Positions 47,601-59,471 of a stretch of DNA of 64,000 bases are shown here, in pieces. Under the pieces are notes generated by a model, which searched no databases, was not told the origin of the DNA, and saw nothing but the letters and a program-made list of their open reading frames with translations. Every line of letters begins with the position of its first letter. Positions within the stretch are counted from its first letter, which is position 1. The translations under genes and the position numbers were made by a program. Source of the stretch: an uncultured Planctomycetota bacterium (GTDB lineage Bacteria; Planctomycetota; Planctomycetia; Isosphaerales; Isosphaeraceae); assembly GCA_963845755.1 (NCBI GenBank), contig CAWJTV010000032.1, forward strand, positions 32,001 through 96,000, given 5' to 3'.

Positions 47601-48985
47601 GTCCCGACGCCAGGGCGGCCTTCACCGGCTCGCGCCGGCACCAGCGCCAGAGCCACTCCGCGCGGCTGATCCGCCGCGCCAGGATCGGCCGATTCTCGAG
47701 GAACCGGCGGAAGTCGTCGGCCAGCTCCAGGGCCGAGGCGTACCGCTTGCGCGGGTCCTTCTCCAGGCATTTCAGACAGATGGTCTCGATCTCGCGGGGC
47801 AAGTGCCGCTGGAGTCGGCCGGGCGGGAGCACCTCCTGGCCGGCAAGCTGTCCCAGCGTGGACAGCGGCGTGGCCCCTTTGAACGGCGGACGCCCGGTGA
47901 GCATCTCGTAGAGGATCGCCCCGAGGGAGTAGATGTCGGTGGCGGCCGTGACGTCGCCGGGCGTGCCGCGGGCCTGCTCCGGCGCCATGTAGCTGGGCGT
48001 TCCCATGATGTCGCCGGTCCGCGTAATGCCGGCCTCGCGCTCCATCAACTTCGCCAGGCCGAAGTCGGTCACCTTGGGGATGCCGTCCTCGGTCAGGACG
48101 ACGTTCGCCGGCTTCAGGTCGCGGTGGATGATGCCATGTTGGTGCGCGTAGTGGAGGGCGCGGGCCAGGTACTCGATGATCCGCGCGGCCTCGCTCGGCG
48201 CCTGGGGCGTACCCCCGAGCTTCTGTTGCAGGCTGCCGCCGGGGGCGTATTCCAGGACCAGGTAACCCTGCCCTTCGGACTCGCCGACCTCATAGACCTG
48301 GATGATGTGGGGATGGAGGAACCGCGCGGCGGCCTCGGCCTCGTCGCGGAAGCGGGCCGCGATCTCGGGATCGGCGTAGACCCGGGCCCGGATCACCTTC
48401 AGCGCCACCAGGCGATTCAGGCCGACCTGGCGCCGCCAGGTACACCACGCTCATCCCGCCCTTGCCGAGGATGCCCAGGATCTCGTAGCCGGGCACCACC
48501 GGCACGACGGGCCCGTCGTCGGAATCGGCCCCGATGCCCGAGCGCTCACCGCTGGGCTTCATCTCGGTCCGGGGCGATGCCTCGCTGAGGGCGCGATGGA
48601 GGCCCAGTTGCCGCCGCAGCCGCTCCGCGAAGCCGGGGAATCGCCAGAAGAACTCCTCGAGCTTCGGCGACTCACCGAGCGACTCGCGGATCAGATACTC
48701 GCCATAGATCAGCTCGAAGGCGGCCTCCCCATGGCCGTGGAGTGTCGGGTGGAGCGACAGATACGCCTCAGCCGGGATCCGCTCGCCGGATCGCCAGCGA
48801 TGAACCTGGTCCGAGCACAGCAACTCGATCAGCTCCGTCTCGTCGATCGGACCGGAATGAGCCAGTTGTTCCCGCGGGTCGGGGTGGTCGCGGCGGCTTC
48901 CGTCGGATCCGGAGCCTGTCCGCTCCGCCTCCTCCCTTTCCTCGATCTCGACCGTGGGGCTGATGCCATCGATGGGTTCGTTCAT
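44644..48985 (-). CDS. Ser/Thr protein kinase with WD40 repeats and C-terminal TPR-like region; frameshift ~48430
   Basis: [35 protein letters not shown]; many AFSPDG...WD repeats. Confidence 0.9.
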
Positions 48986-49088
48986 CAGGGAATCTTCGGT
49001 CGTGGGTTGGGTGTCGTGGCGTTGGGCGGGCGCATTCTTGGTGGTGAGAGTCCGGAGAGGCCCCGCGCGACGCGTGGCCTCTGTGAGA

Positions 49089-49707
49089 TCAATCGAAGGC
49101 AGGACCCAGGCCCAGGTCTTCCTCGACGCGAGCGACCGCCCGGGCCAGTTGCTTGCGGCGGGCGTCGGCTGTGCCGCCCAGCTCGGTGGCGACCGCGGCC
49201 CAGTCGTGTCCCTTCGCCCGCAGGTCGGCGATCATCCGCTCCTCGTCGCTGAGCCGCTCGCGGAACTTCTGGAGCAGCTCACGGCCCGAGGCGAGGCGGC
49301 TGGGCGTCTGCTCCGTGGCGGCCGCGGTCCCGGTCATTTCCAGGTCGAGATCACCGACCCGTCGCACGTCGCGCCGCTGCCGCTGATGGTGACGCGCCTG
49401 CTCGGCCACTTTCTTGCGCCATGCCCACGAGCAGGCGGATCAACTGCGGCGGCTCGTCCAGGTCGAAATCGCCGACGGCCGCCCGGGCGAAGAAACTGGC
49501 CAGCACCGATTGGCAGATGTCCATCGAATCGAAGACCCGGCGCAGGGCGGGGTTGCGCAATCGGAGCCATCCCCGGACTTCCAGGCGGATCTCGGCCTCG
49601 TAGCGACGGACCAATTCCTCGGCCGCCCGCTCGTCCCCTTGACGAATTCGGCGGATGAATTCCGAATACTCATCCTTCAGCGTCGATTCATTCATAACAG
49701 TCCCCAT
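49089..49707 (-). CDS. ECF sigma factor paired with the downstream kinase; frameshift ~49415
   Basis: GDERAAEELVRRYE, FDSMDICQSVLASF, QTPSR, ARRKQLARA. Confidence 0.8.
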
Positions 49708-51707
49708 TCCTCACACGGATTATAAACCGGTAGAGCTCGCGAAAACAGGGGCTCACTTTGTTCGACGGGCGGCGGGTGGCACGTCACAAGGGAAGACCGG
49801 AGCCCGAACGGGTGGACCTGCTCACATTCCGGCCCCTTCTCCCTGGCTCGTCGCCACTTGCCTTGTTCTTTGACACTCTCGGTGAAGACCACCGTCGTCA
49901 GACCGTGGTTTCGAACGGCCGCTGGCTCCAGTTCCCCCGGCCTGATTACGACTGTCACTGTGTCTTGCGGATCCGGCCTCGAATCGTGCCGTGGGTTGGG
50001 TTCGTTTTGGGTGTTTCCGTGCCCCCGGGCCACGGCACCGGCTCCGGCGAGGACAGCAAGCACCAGCGCCAGGGCCACGATCGCGATGGGGAGCGCCGCC
50101 GGTTGGAAAGGAGCGATGTCCGCAGCGAGCGGCGCCGCGGGATCGTGGGGCGGACTCTCGCAGTCGACCGGCGCGTCTGTGAGGATGGGGTCCGTCGATC
50201 CCTTCGTGCTTCCGCCTGAAGGCTGAGACTCTGTTCCCGAAGGGTCAGGTTCGGGCGAGCGGGGGGCGTCAGCCCCCTGTCCGGTGGGCGACGGCCCTCG
50301 AAGACAGGGGGCTGACGCCCCCCGCTCGCCCTTCCGGAACAGACTCTGACATCCAGCAGGCTGGTCGAAATCCGCGGTGGGAGTTCCGGCTTCAGCCGGT
50401 CCGTCAAACCGTTCTTGAGAGACCGCCTGAAGGCTGACATCCAGCCCGGAACCGACGGGATCCCCGGTGGGAGTTCCGGCTTCAGCCGGTTTGATGATTC
50501 CGGGGCGCAATTCGTCGCCATGCTCCCTGGGCTCGCGTTGAGGACTCCTGAAGTCAACATTTGGGTCGCTGGGTTCGTTTTGCGAATCCTCGCGATCGGC
50601 CGTCGGCGTCACGGGATCGGGATCCGTCGGCGTCTCCGTGGACTCGGCCGGCTCCGCGGTGGAGGGTTTTCCGCAATCCGTCGCCACGCCGGATCGGCGG
50701 ACTTTGAGGATGGTCTCGACACTCCGGAACAAGCTCCGGCCGCATGAGAACTGGTAGCGGCGCAGGCGCTCCCCTTCCGCACTGTCGTCGAAGGACAGCC
50801 GGGCCGCCGGATCGTCGGCCTCGGCGCGGCGGCGATGCCCCTCGGCGATCGCCACCAGCCGCGCGATTTCCCGTTCGGCGATCTCCCGGAACGCGGCCAT
50901 CGTCTCGGCTTCCCCCGCCGGCAACCGCCCGTCCAACTGCCGCAGCAACCAACGATCCCAGCGGTCGCGCGGCGTCAACTCGAGGTCGTCCGGGAGCGTG
51001 ATGTGTGCACACCACTGGAAAGGATCCACGACGTCGTGGCATGACGTCGAGTCGAGCGGCCGTTTTCCCAGCAGGCGGACGGCATTGACCTGCTGGCCGT
51101 GCTCCCAGAGGTGGCCCGCCTCGAGGAGGGCGCGGAGCTCATTCCAGCGGTCGAGCAGCCATCGGCAGCCGGCGGCGGTGGATTCGAGCCGGAAGACGAT
51201 GGCCTGAGGATGATCGAGGAGGTCCAGGTGGCCGGGGCCCTTGGCGGTCGCCGGGGCGGTGCCCAGGACGTTGAGGACGTTGTCCTGGAGGCCGGCTTCG
51301 GCGTCCTTGCCGCGGCCGTTGAAGAGCCACAAGCCCAGGGCGACGGCCTCTTCGTGCTCCCGCCGGGCCTCGGCGATGGGGACGGACTCGATCAGGTGGG
51401 ACAGCCGCGCCAGCTCGGCCCGCCGGGCCCGCTCCAGCATCCAGGAGGAGTGGACGGCCTCTTCCAGGAGGATCTGCTCGACTTCGTTCTGGGGCTGGAG
51501 CTGGTCGGTCAAGGTTTCGAAGCGGATTCGCAGCTTCTGAGGGTCCTCGCCGGGGAGGACGAGGGTCTGGGCGGTCATGCCGTGTTTGACGGCGTTGAAC
51601 TTCGACCGGGCCTTTCCTTCCGGCGACCGCGGCCCGGTGCTCTTCTGAGCGTTGCGGCGGTTGATCTCGGCCCGGCTGGGCCTGGTCGCAGTGGCCGTCG
51701 TGGTCAT
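49692..51707 (-). CDS. Hypothetical protein with NRRNAQKSTGPRSPEGK...NAVKHG N-terminal motif and repeat-invaded low-complexity C-terminus
   Basis: 671-aa ORF with high-GC codon usage; motif recalled as recurrent in Planctomycete hypothetical proteins; QNEPS/QNEPN motifs. Confidence 0.7.
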   Translation of the reverse strand: MTTTATATRPSRAEINRRNAQKSTGPRSPEGKARSKFNAVKHGMTAQTLVLPGEDPQKLRIRFETLTDQLQPQNEVEQILLEEAVHSSWMLERARRAELARLSHLIESVPIAEARREHEEAVALGLWLFNGRGKDAEAGLQDNVLNVLGTAPATAKGPGHLDLLDHPQAIVFRLESTAAGCRWLLDRWNELRALLEAGHLWEHGQQVNAVRLLGKRPLDSTSCHDVVDPFQWCAHITLPDDLELTPRDRWDRWLLRQLDGRLPAGEAETMAAFREIAEREIARLVAIAEGHRRRAEADDPAARLSFDDSAEGERLRRYQFSCGRSLFRSVETILKVRRSGVATDCGKPSTAEPAESTETPTDPDPVTPTADREDSQNEPSDPNVDFRSPQREPREHGDELRPGIIKPAEAGTPTGDPVGSGLDVSLQAVSQERFDGPAEAGTPTADFDQPAGCQSLFRKGERGASAPCLRGPSPTGQGADAPRSPEPDPSGTESQPSGGSTKGSTDPILTDAPVDCESPPHDPAAPLAADIAPFQPAALPIAIVALALVLAVLAGAGAVARGHGNTQNEPNPRHDSRPDPQDTVTVVIRPGELEPAAVRNHGLTTVVFTESVKEQGKWRRAREKGPECEQVHPFGLRSSLVTCHPPPVEQSEPLFSRALPVYNPCEEWGLL
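50227..50346. mobile_element. 120-bp MITE with 16-bp TIRs, TGA target duplication and internal perfect 29-bp inverted repeat
   Basis: Left end GACTCTGTTCCCGAAG, right end (rc) GAGTCTGTTCCGGAAG; TGA at 50224-50226 and 50347-50349; inner arms 50253-50281 and 50303-50331. Confidence 0.85.
50375..50490. repeat. REP-like cluster: two identical 26-bp CGGTGGGAGTTCCGGCTTCAGCCGGT copies with a degenerate inverted copy between
   Basis: Copies at 50375-50400 and 50465-50490; internal palindrome CCGGCT-TC-AGCCGG; each encodes PAEAGTPT. Confidence 0.8.
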
Positions 51708-52358
51708 GATGTTCGGTCCCGGGTGCGGATGTCGCGATCGTGTTGGACTCGCTACGAATCTCCGTGGCTCGATACGAAGTCACTTCTGCGTCGTACACCC
51801 AAATGATCCGCACATGCGCGGTTTTAGTTGCATAAATTTTCTTGCATATGACGGTTTTTCGGGAAAGGACGCGGGGATTGGGTGTGTAACCCTTGGGGAA
51901 TTCGGCGGTTGCGTCGATGGCACTTTCGGCATTTGGAATCGTCCCAGGAGGCAGGGTTGACAACCGCTCGGGCTTTCATGCTTCGGGCCGGTTCCACCAG
52001 CCCACGCAAGCGAAGATTCCGCAAATCCTTGCGGCGGAATGGAAAACCCTCGCTAGCGCGCAGCGTGTGGGTGGAGAGTCGATCCCGGCTGTCCCCGCGG
52101 TGACACTTGGGACAGTCCTCGCATTTTCGGCGCTTCGAGCATTCGGCTAAGGAAGATTCGCCTCAAGGTCTAGCGAGCGAGTGAGTGCTGCTTTCTCGCC
52201 GGAATTCGATCGCTGGCGACTCGAACTGGCAAGTGCGGCCGGCTTCTCCGAGTGAACCTTTGATCCCCGATCCCGTTTCTGTTAAGGTACAAATCCGTTA
52301 GACCACGCAGGCGAAAGGAAGCCGCTCGGACCAACTGCGATCCCTCGGGGCCTCGGCG

Positions 52359-53518
52359 ATGATCTCCCCCGCCCTCATCAAACCGACGCACAAGGCGATC
52401 GTGGCCTACTACGAGAAGCTCCAGGGCTACGACTCCCACAACGTCACCCACGAGATGGCCCTGCGCTCGGCGTTCCAGCAGCTCCTGGAGGAGACCGGCA
52501 AGTCCCACAAATGGACGTTGATCCCCGAGCAGACGGTGAAAGTCGGCGGCAAGTCCGTCCGGCCCGACGGCACATTCCGCGACGAGTGGCACTTGCCCGT
52601 CGGTTACTGGGAGGCCAAGGACACCGCCGACGACCTCAACGCCGAGATCCGGGCCAAGATCGCCAAGGGCTATCCCGCTGGTCAACACGATCTTCGAGGA
52701 CACCCGCGAGGCGGTCCTGTTCCAGAACGGCAAGGAGGCGTTCCGCATCCCGCTGACCGAGCCGGCCAAGCTCGCCGATCTGCTCAATGCGTTCTACGCC
52801 CATTCCAAGCCCGACATCGAGAGCTTCAAGCAGGCCGTCGCGCATTTCCAGGAGCGGATCCCCGACCTCGCCCGGGCGCTCAACGAGCGGATCGTCGAGG
52901 CCCACAAGTCGAATGCGAAGTTCAAGGCCGCCTTCGCCGACTTCTTCGAATTGTGTCGTCAGTCGCTCAACCCGAACCTCCGGCGCGAGGCGGTCGACGA
53001 GATGCTGGTCCAGCACCTGCTGACCGAACGGCTGTTTCGCACGGTGTTCGACAACCCCGATTTCACCAGGCGGAACGTCGATCGCCGCCGAGATCGAGCG
53101 CGTGATCGAGGCCCTGGCCAGCCAGAGCTTCAGCCGTGCCGAGTTCCTCCGCAAGCTCGACCATTTCTACAAGGCCATCGAGGACGCCGCCCGCGGCCTC
53201 GACGATTGGAGCGATAAGCAGCACTTCCTCAACACGGTCTACGAGCGGTTCTTCCAGGGCTATTCGGTCAAGGTCGCCGACACCCACGGCATCGTATACA
53301 CGCCGCAGGAGATCGTCGACTTCATGTGCGCCAGCGTCGAGGAGGTCCTCAAGTCGGAGTTCGGCATCGGCCTCGGCGACTCCGGCGTCCACATCCTCGA
53401 CCCCTGCACCGGCACGGGTAACTTCATCGTCAGGCTGATCCGCCGCTTCCCCAAGAAAGACCTGCCCCGCATGTACCGCGAGCAGCTCTTCGCCAACGAG
53501 GTCATGCTCCTGCCCTAA
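52359..53518 (+). pseudogene. 5' part of a type ISP-like/IIG restriction-modification enzyme (PD-ExK nuclease + start of N6-MTase), truncated
   Basis: RPDG...YWEAKD; GIVYTPQEIVDFM; ILDPCTGTGNF; ends LFANEVMLLP* before the expected NPPY motif; frameshifts ~52680 and ~53080. Confidence 0.85.
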
Positions 53519-53532
53519 CAGCGAGGCCAACA

Positions 53533-55855
53533 ATGTCTGGGAGCGTTTCTTCCACCAAACAACGACGTGCTGTCATTCTCACTGCCATTCGCGCAGAATA
53601 CCAAGCGGTGCGCGCGTATCTTACTGACCCCAGGGAAGTTACACATCCCCAAGGGACTGTGTACGAGCAGGGCGATTTCATCGATTCTATGGGCCACACT
53701 TGGCATGTCGGGATTGTCGAGATCGGCGCGGGTAACCCTGGAGCTGCCCTCGAAACTGAGCGAGCCATCGCCTTTTTCAACCCTGATGCCGCACTATTTG
53801 TAGGAGTTGCAGGGGGGTTGAAGGAAGTCCGATTGTGCGATGTTGTCGCTGCGACTAAGATTTATGGATATGAATCCGGAAAATCTAATGACGAATTCCA
53901 GCCAAGACCAAATGTGGGTGAGACGTCCTACTCGATGGAGCAACGTGCACGGGCTGAGGCTAGAAAGGATAACTGGCTGAAGCGACTCAGAACACCGTTA
54001 CTCGAAGCGCCGCGCGTCTATGTAGCCCCAATAGCGGCCGGCGAAAAGGTCGTTGCTTCAGAGAGATCTGTTGTGTATGGGTTTCTGCCTCCAGTTACAG
54101 TGACGCAATCGCGGTCGAGATGGAGGGACGCGGTTTCCTCCAAGCGGCCCGGGCAAATCAAAGCGTTCAATGTTTGGTGGTCCGCGGAATATCAGACCTC
54201 ATCTCGCAGAAAAGCGAAACGGACAAAGAAGGATACCAAGATCTCGCAGCAGAGACAGCGAGCCGCCTTTGCCTTCGAAGTCCTAGCCAACTTGGAGGGA
54301 GAGAAGACCAGTGAGTCTCCGCCGATTCCGTTTCCCTCAAGCCCCTCTCACAACCTACCTTCTCTGAGCGAGAGATTTGTAACCCGCGAAGAGCAACTCC
54401 GCGACATCCGCGACGCGTTGACTCGCGATCGCAGACTTGGTGTCGTCCGGGAGTTTGTCATCTACGGGCATAACGGAGCGGGAAAGACATCATTGGCCAT
54501 CGATTATGGCTGGACCTACCTTCTCGAATACGGGGGCATTTTCTTCGTCGATTGCTCGGCCGATCCTTTTTACGAAGGAATCGCCAACCTGTTACCTCGT
54601 GTACTGCCCGACGTTGCTTATGATTATTTCGGTGCACCTGAATATAAGCAAAGTGTGGCCATTCGAGTTAGAAGCCATCTGGAGGCCAGCAGCATTCCTT
54701 CGCTGCTCATACTCGACGACGTCCGTAATGCTGATGAGTGGGACCGGATTCGGCGCTCAGGCTTCCTACCGGGCGAGTCATGTCATCGGTTGATCACTAC
54801 CACCGATCCCGAGCTTCCCGCCGAAGATGCATTCAGACTCGGAGGTTTATCAGTCGCGGAGGGAATTGATCTGTTGGCCGCACATCGAGGCGATATCCGA
54901 TCAGAAGAGAACAGAAAGCACGCCGAATTCATTCTGGATTGGCTCGGAGGAGTCCCCTTCTTCTTAACGATCGTCGGGGTCTACATGCGACGCAAGCCGA
55001 AACTGACATGGTCGGATTTTGCCCGAAGCCTTCAAGACTCGGGGCTTGGTGCCATCCGTCGCGCGGAGGACGCGGCTCGATTTCGTACCGATCTTTACAT
55101 CCGCCGAGTCAACCAAGTGCTGGATAACTTACTCGACTCGCTTTCAGATGCTGAACGCAGGGCATTGGAATATTCTTCATTACTATTTAATTCTTATATA
55201 ATAAAAACAGCTATAATTTTACTATTGAATTTCGATCCCACACTCACTCTGCAGGTCATGCCCGGCTATGAGAAGGAGCCCGCCCGCCATCGTCAACGAA
55301 CTCGAGGAGGCTCAACTACTCGTGCCTCGCTTCGATGCCGGCACTCAAGCCCTAGCGGTGCACGAGATCCTGAAAAAGAAGTTAGTAGAACGCATAGATA
55401 ATGTAAATGGGTTAAGAAAACAGTATTTTCAGAATATATATAACACAGCAGTTAAAATATTTCTTTTGCCGGCCAAAGACATCTTTCCAGAACGTCGATC
55501 CGCAGATGGCCCGAGTCAGCCTTCTCTGTTCTTTCACGTTATGTACGCAATATTCGAGGGGTTAGAAAGGTGTGGACATGTGCAGAATGCATCGGCCTAT
55601 TATAATTATTGGTTGGATATGCGAGATACAATGAACACAGCAAGGATGCTAGCCGAGAAGCTAGGAGGGAGAGTGGATCTGCAATACGACGTTTTGACAG
55701 TTAAGCATATGAGGATTTCACCGATAGTTGTTGTTGAATTGAACAATCTGACCGAGGCAACTGCTTTGGCCAAGGAGAATCAGGGGGAGGTTAAACTAAT
55801 TGTTAATCAATCGAATCAAGTGGTTGCGATTATCGTTGTCATCAAGATCAGGTAA
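53533..55855 (+). CDS. PNP/MTA-SAH nucleosidase domain fused to NB-ARC (STAND) NTPase; frameshifts ~54090, ~54260, ~55285
   Basis: ILTAIRAEY, FVGVAGG, GEKVV, AVEMEG, VVRGISD; Walker A GHNGAGKT, Walker B LLILDDV, LITT, LGGVPF. Visibly lower GC than the flanks. Confidence 0.82.
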
Positions 55856-55876
55856 GGCGCTGGTTCCGTCTTTTCG

Positions 55877-56034
55877 CCGGCCCCGGCGGCGACCGCACTT
55901 CCGACCCCAACCGGCCCGACGACCCCGAATCCATCGTCCGCCTCGTCGGCCAGGTCGTGCGGGTGAGCATCGAGACGGTCAGGATCGTCGAGGGGTTGCC
56001 ACCGGCTTTCGGCTGGCCGAACGAGCCCGCGTAA
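55877..56034 (+). repeat. Type ISP 3'-tail copy 1
   Basis: Encodes GGDRTSDPNRPDDPESIVRLVGQVVRVSIETVRIVEGLPPAFGWPNEPA*; homologous to 60446-60590 and 62328-62406. Confidence 0.9.
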
Positions 56035-56057
56035 TGTGTCCCTCAGTTTCCCCTTTG

Positions 56058-56687
56058 CTAGTAGGTCTCAGGAAGCTCGCCGCGCCGGTGGCGTTCGTAG
56101 TGGCTATTGTTGATGCTCTCCCGGCGGGAGTTCGGCTGGCGTCGGTTCAACTTGGGCAGGTCCGACGGATACGCGAGCTCGTTCCTCAGATTTGCGGCCA
56201 TGTCCGGGACATGGCGCCACTTCCAAAACGTCTTGATCTTGAAGATCTTCTCCCGGCGAACCTCGTTCAGCTTGTCTCGGTCCAGGCGCAAGAACCGGAT
56301 CATCCTCCACCCGTCAACCGATAAACCCTCGATGGTCCCGTTCTCCTTCACGCGGAAGTGGGCCCCGTAAGCCACCTTGCACGGGTCGAGGATCGGCCAC
56401 CTGTTCTGCTTGAACGAGTTGCAATCACCGCAGGAATACACCATGTTCTCGTAATCGAGGGCGAGGTGCGTCGCACGGCTCCGGGGATTCAGGTGTTCGA
56501 CGTGATAGGCGTTCTGGCCCGAGGGGTACCAGACCTCTCGGGTGAGACAGAAGACGCAGCGGAACACGAACTCGTCGCGGAGCCAAGGCTTGTAAGCCTT
56601 GTACCTCCGGTAGTCAAATGGCCCGTGGATGCGGACGTGGCACACTCCGGGGTATGTGAAGGGCGCGGGCTCCGCGTCAGTCATCAT
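56058..56687 (-). CDS. HNH endonuclease
   Basis: CVFC...HVEHLNP...YENMVYSCGDCN; TGATG overlap with the upstream methyltransferase stop. Confidence 0.85.
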   Translation of the reverse strand: MMTDAEPAPFTYPGVCHVRIHGPFDYRRYKAYKPWLRDEFVFRCVFCLTREVWYPSGQNAYHVEHLNPRSRATHLALDYENMVYSCGDCNSFKQNRWPILDPCKVAYGAHFRVKENGTIEGLSVDGWRMIRFLRLDRDKLNEVRREKIFKIKTFWKWRHVPDMAANLRNELAYPSDLPKLNRRQPNSRRESINNSHYERHRRGELPETY

Positions 56688-59359
56688 CAACCTCGTTGCT
56701 CGGCCTCTAACTCTAATTGCCTCACACGTTCGTCGAGCCAAGTCAGATCCTCTAGTGGGAGGGGGGCGAACCGGTCCAGATAGCTGTCCGCTGCGTCCTG
56801 GAACTGCTTCAACTCCCGCTGCTCTTCCTGGGTTAACCCCTCGTTGAGCTCCTTGTCGATGAGGAAGGCCCGCCTATCGTTGTACCAGTTCCCAGGCTTC
56901 GACGGGATACCGGACCCTGGTAGGGGTGACTGCCGCCAAGCGGGATTCCAGGGCGCTGATCTTGAAATCGACGGCGACCGGCCGTTCCGCGTGGCGCAGG
57001 TAACTGAGCACCTTCAACTGCAGTGACTCCGGCAGGCGGTATCCCTTGAGAATGATGGCATCGATCTCGAGGAGGGCGTCTCGCACCTCGCCGGGGCCGA
57101 ACAGGCTCGGCCCATGCGGCTCCGCAAGGTCTGTCAGGTACTTCCGCACCAGCATTGTGACGGCTTCCTGTTCGCCATCGCTGTTCTGTGGGACCGGGAT
57201 TAGGTCGAGCACGTTCTTGTTGTTGTGCATGCCGGTCGCGTGGCAGGCGACGAAGGCTCCCGCGAGAGGGTTATTCAGTACGGCTGCAAGGTATTCAATT
57301 GATGTTTCTTCATCTCTGGGCCACACTCCGTGGAAATTCTGGGTGCAGTATGACTCCTCATAATCAAGAAATGCGACGTGCCTCCAGCCTCGCACGGCTC
57401 TCCGGACCGCATTTACTATGACCTTCTTGCGACTCCACGGATGTTCACTACCCCTCCGCAATCCATCTTTTTTTACGTTCAGATATGTAGCCCGAGTCGG
57501 TTCGTAGGCCAGCAACTCTGTCTCGTCCGCGCTCCAGAATCCTCGCCGAAACCCCATGCGGGGCGTCTCTGAACGCCGCTCGGTCTCCGCGACAGAATTA
57601 TGCCATTCGATCCCACGGTGTATCTTTGCGATACTTTTGAACTTCGAAACTACTCTCTAAGTATCTCCAAACCTCGATAAGGGCTGGTATGGCCAAGCTG
57701 GTGACCGCTTGCTCAACCGTCTTCGTAGCCTGATCCTGCCTCGTAAACGTATAGCCGGCGAGAAAAGGCTCGCGGTCCGTCTTCTCTAAAGATTTGAACG
57801 TAATTGTAATAAGATTATCCCCCCTCGGTGGTTCATATGCAATAAGGAGAGCACTACGATGCCTAGAAATAAAAAAAACATTCTCCTCAGGCAACTCGAC
57901 GATTTCAACGCTTCCGAATCGATCAGCTATTCTCCGACGAACCTCTCGGAATTCGTCGCCGCTCAGGATCGTATAAGGTAGGACAAAGCCAAGCATCCCG
58001 TCAGAGTGCAGAGCATCGAGCACTCGGTGGAGCAACTCGATCGGCTTGCGATCTGCCCTCACCCGCGCGTACCGGACTTTCTCCGATTGCGAGAATCTCT
58101 CGTAGGGCGGGTTGCAGACGATGACCCTCGCGTTCTCCAGCGAGCTTCGGAAGTCGGACGAATGAAAGACGTCACCGAGCCTCAGCCGCCACCCGTTCGA
58201 GTTGGGAAAGTCGGCGAGCATCAGGCAGAGCCAGCTCACCTCCAAGGCGAACGAGTCCATCTCATATCCCTCGAGCATCTCCACGAAGTATCGGTGACGC
58301 TCCTCAGCCGCCATGGGCGTTCGAAGGGCACCACGCAACCTCTGAAGTGCTGCGACGAGGAAGATCCCGTGGCCCGAGCAGGCTCCAGGATGAACCTCTC
58401 CCGCTCGTCGAGCTTCTCGATAGGCAGGCTTCGCACGATGTAGCGGGCGATGCTGGAGGGGGTTCCGTGGATGCCAAGCTTCTTCCGCAGCGGTTTCGTC
58501 ACGAGCGTGTGCTCGTATATGTACGCGAGGACCTCGACCGAGAGGTTCTGGAAATTCAGCCTCCTCCATAGAATCGGGAACACGGCCTCCCAGACGGCCC
58601 GGTCGTCCAAGACGGGTTCGCTCTGGCCATAGTACGACTCGACTTTGCTCAAGACCTCGGCGGGGTCGGAGGAGCCGGAAATCTCGGCGAACTCCCCGAA
58701 TCCGCGGTCGTGAAGCACCTTGGCGGCGAGGAAGCGGAAGGCCAACCGGAACGTCCCCTGCACTCGGCGAGCGAGAGCGACTCCCACTCCTTCCCGTAAA
58801 CCCGAAGGGCCTCCGCGAGCACTTCGTTGAGCATCCGGTCCAGTTTCTCCCGGATCTGTCCTTCGAGCGCGGGGATTAGCCCTAGGTCGAAGAAGTCGAG
58901 CTGACGTTCACCGCCCAGGTCCAGGCCGATGTTCTTGCCACGGAGGATGGATTCCGCCGACCACGCACCTGAATACCGGACGAAGGCATCGCGGAGGTTC
59001 CCGGGGAGAATGATCTGGCGCTCGTCGTCGGGGGTCATCTCCTTGCCAACTCGCCAGGCGGAGATGGCGTCCTCGCGCACCTCGAAGGCGACGGAGGCAC
59101 CCAGGGCGCGGAAGTCAGAGATCAGGCCCGCCCCGGCCTTGCCGTTCGGGACGACGACGGCGATGCAGGCGGTCTGATAGGTGGGGGGCAACTGGCCGAA
59201 GGCGGCGACGGGCACCGTCCTGCGCGGGTCGCCGGGCTGGAACCAGTCAGTGAACTCGTAATCCCGGATTACGAGGCTGCCGTCATAGCCGAGGGGGGGC
59301 AATTCGGAAACGACCGAATCGAAGAGTCTCTTGTGTTTGTCGCTCTTGAACGCGGCCAT
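56687..59359 (-). CDS. Large N6-adenine DNA methyltransferase-like protein; several frameshifts
   Basis: GIHGTP, ILEPA/GHGIFL (motif I), VIVCNPPY (motif IV), LGFVLP, YLAAVLN, spread over ORFs 58649..59359, 58236..58787, 57598..58569, 56874..57557 plus a C-terminal tail. Confidence 0.78.
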
Positions 59360-59471
59360 CCCATCCCCTCGCGCCTAGCCGATGCCTGATCCGCCCTCCT
59401 TCGCTCGACTTGGGTGCTCACGTCCTCCTGCCACAGCGACGCGCACCGCTCCGCTGGATGCTGAACAAGCT

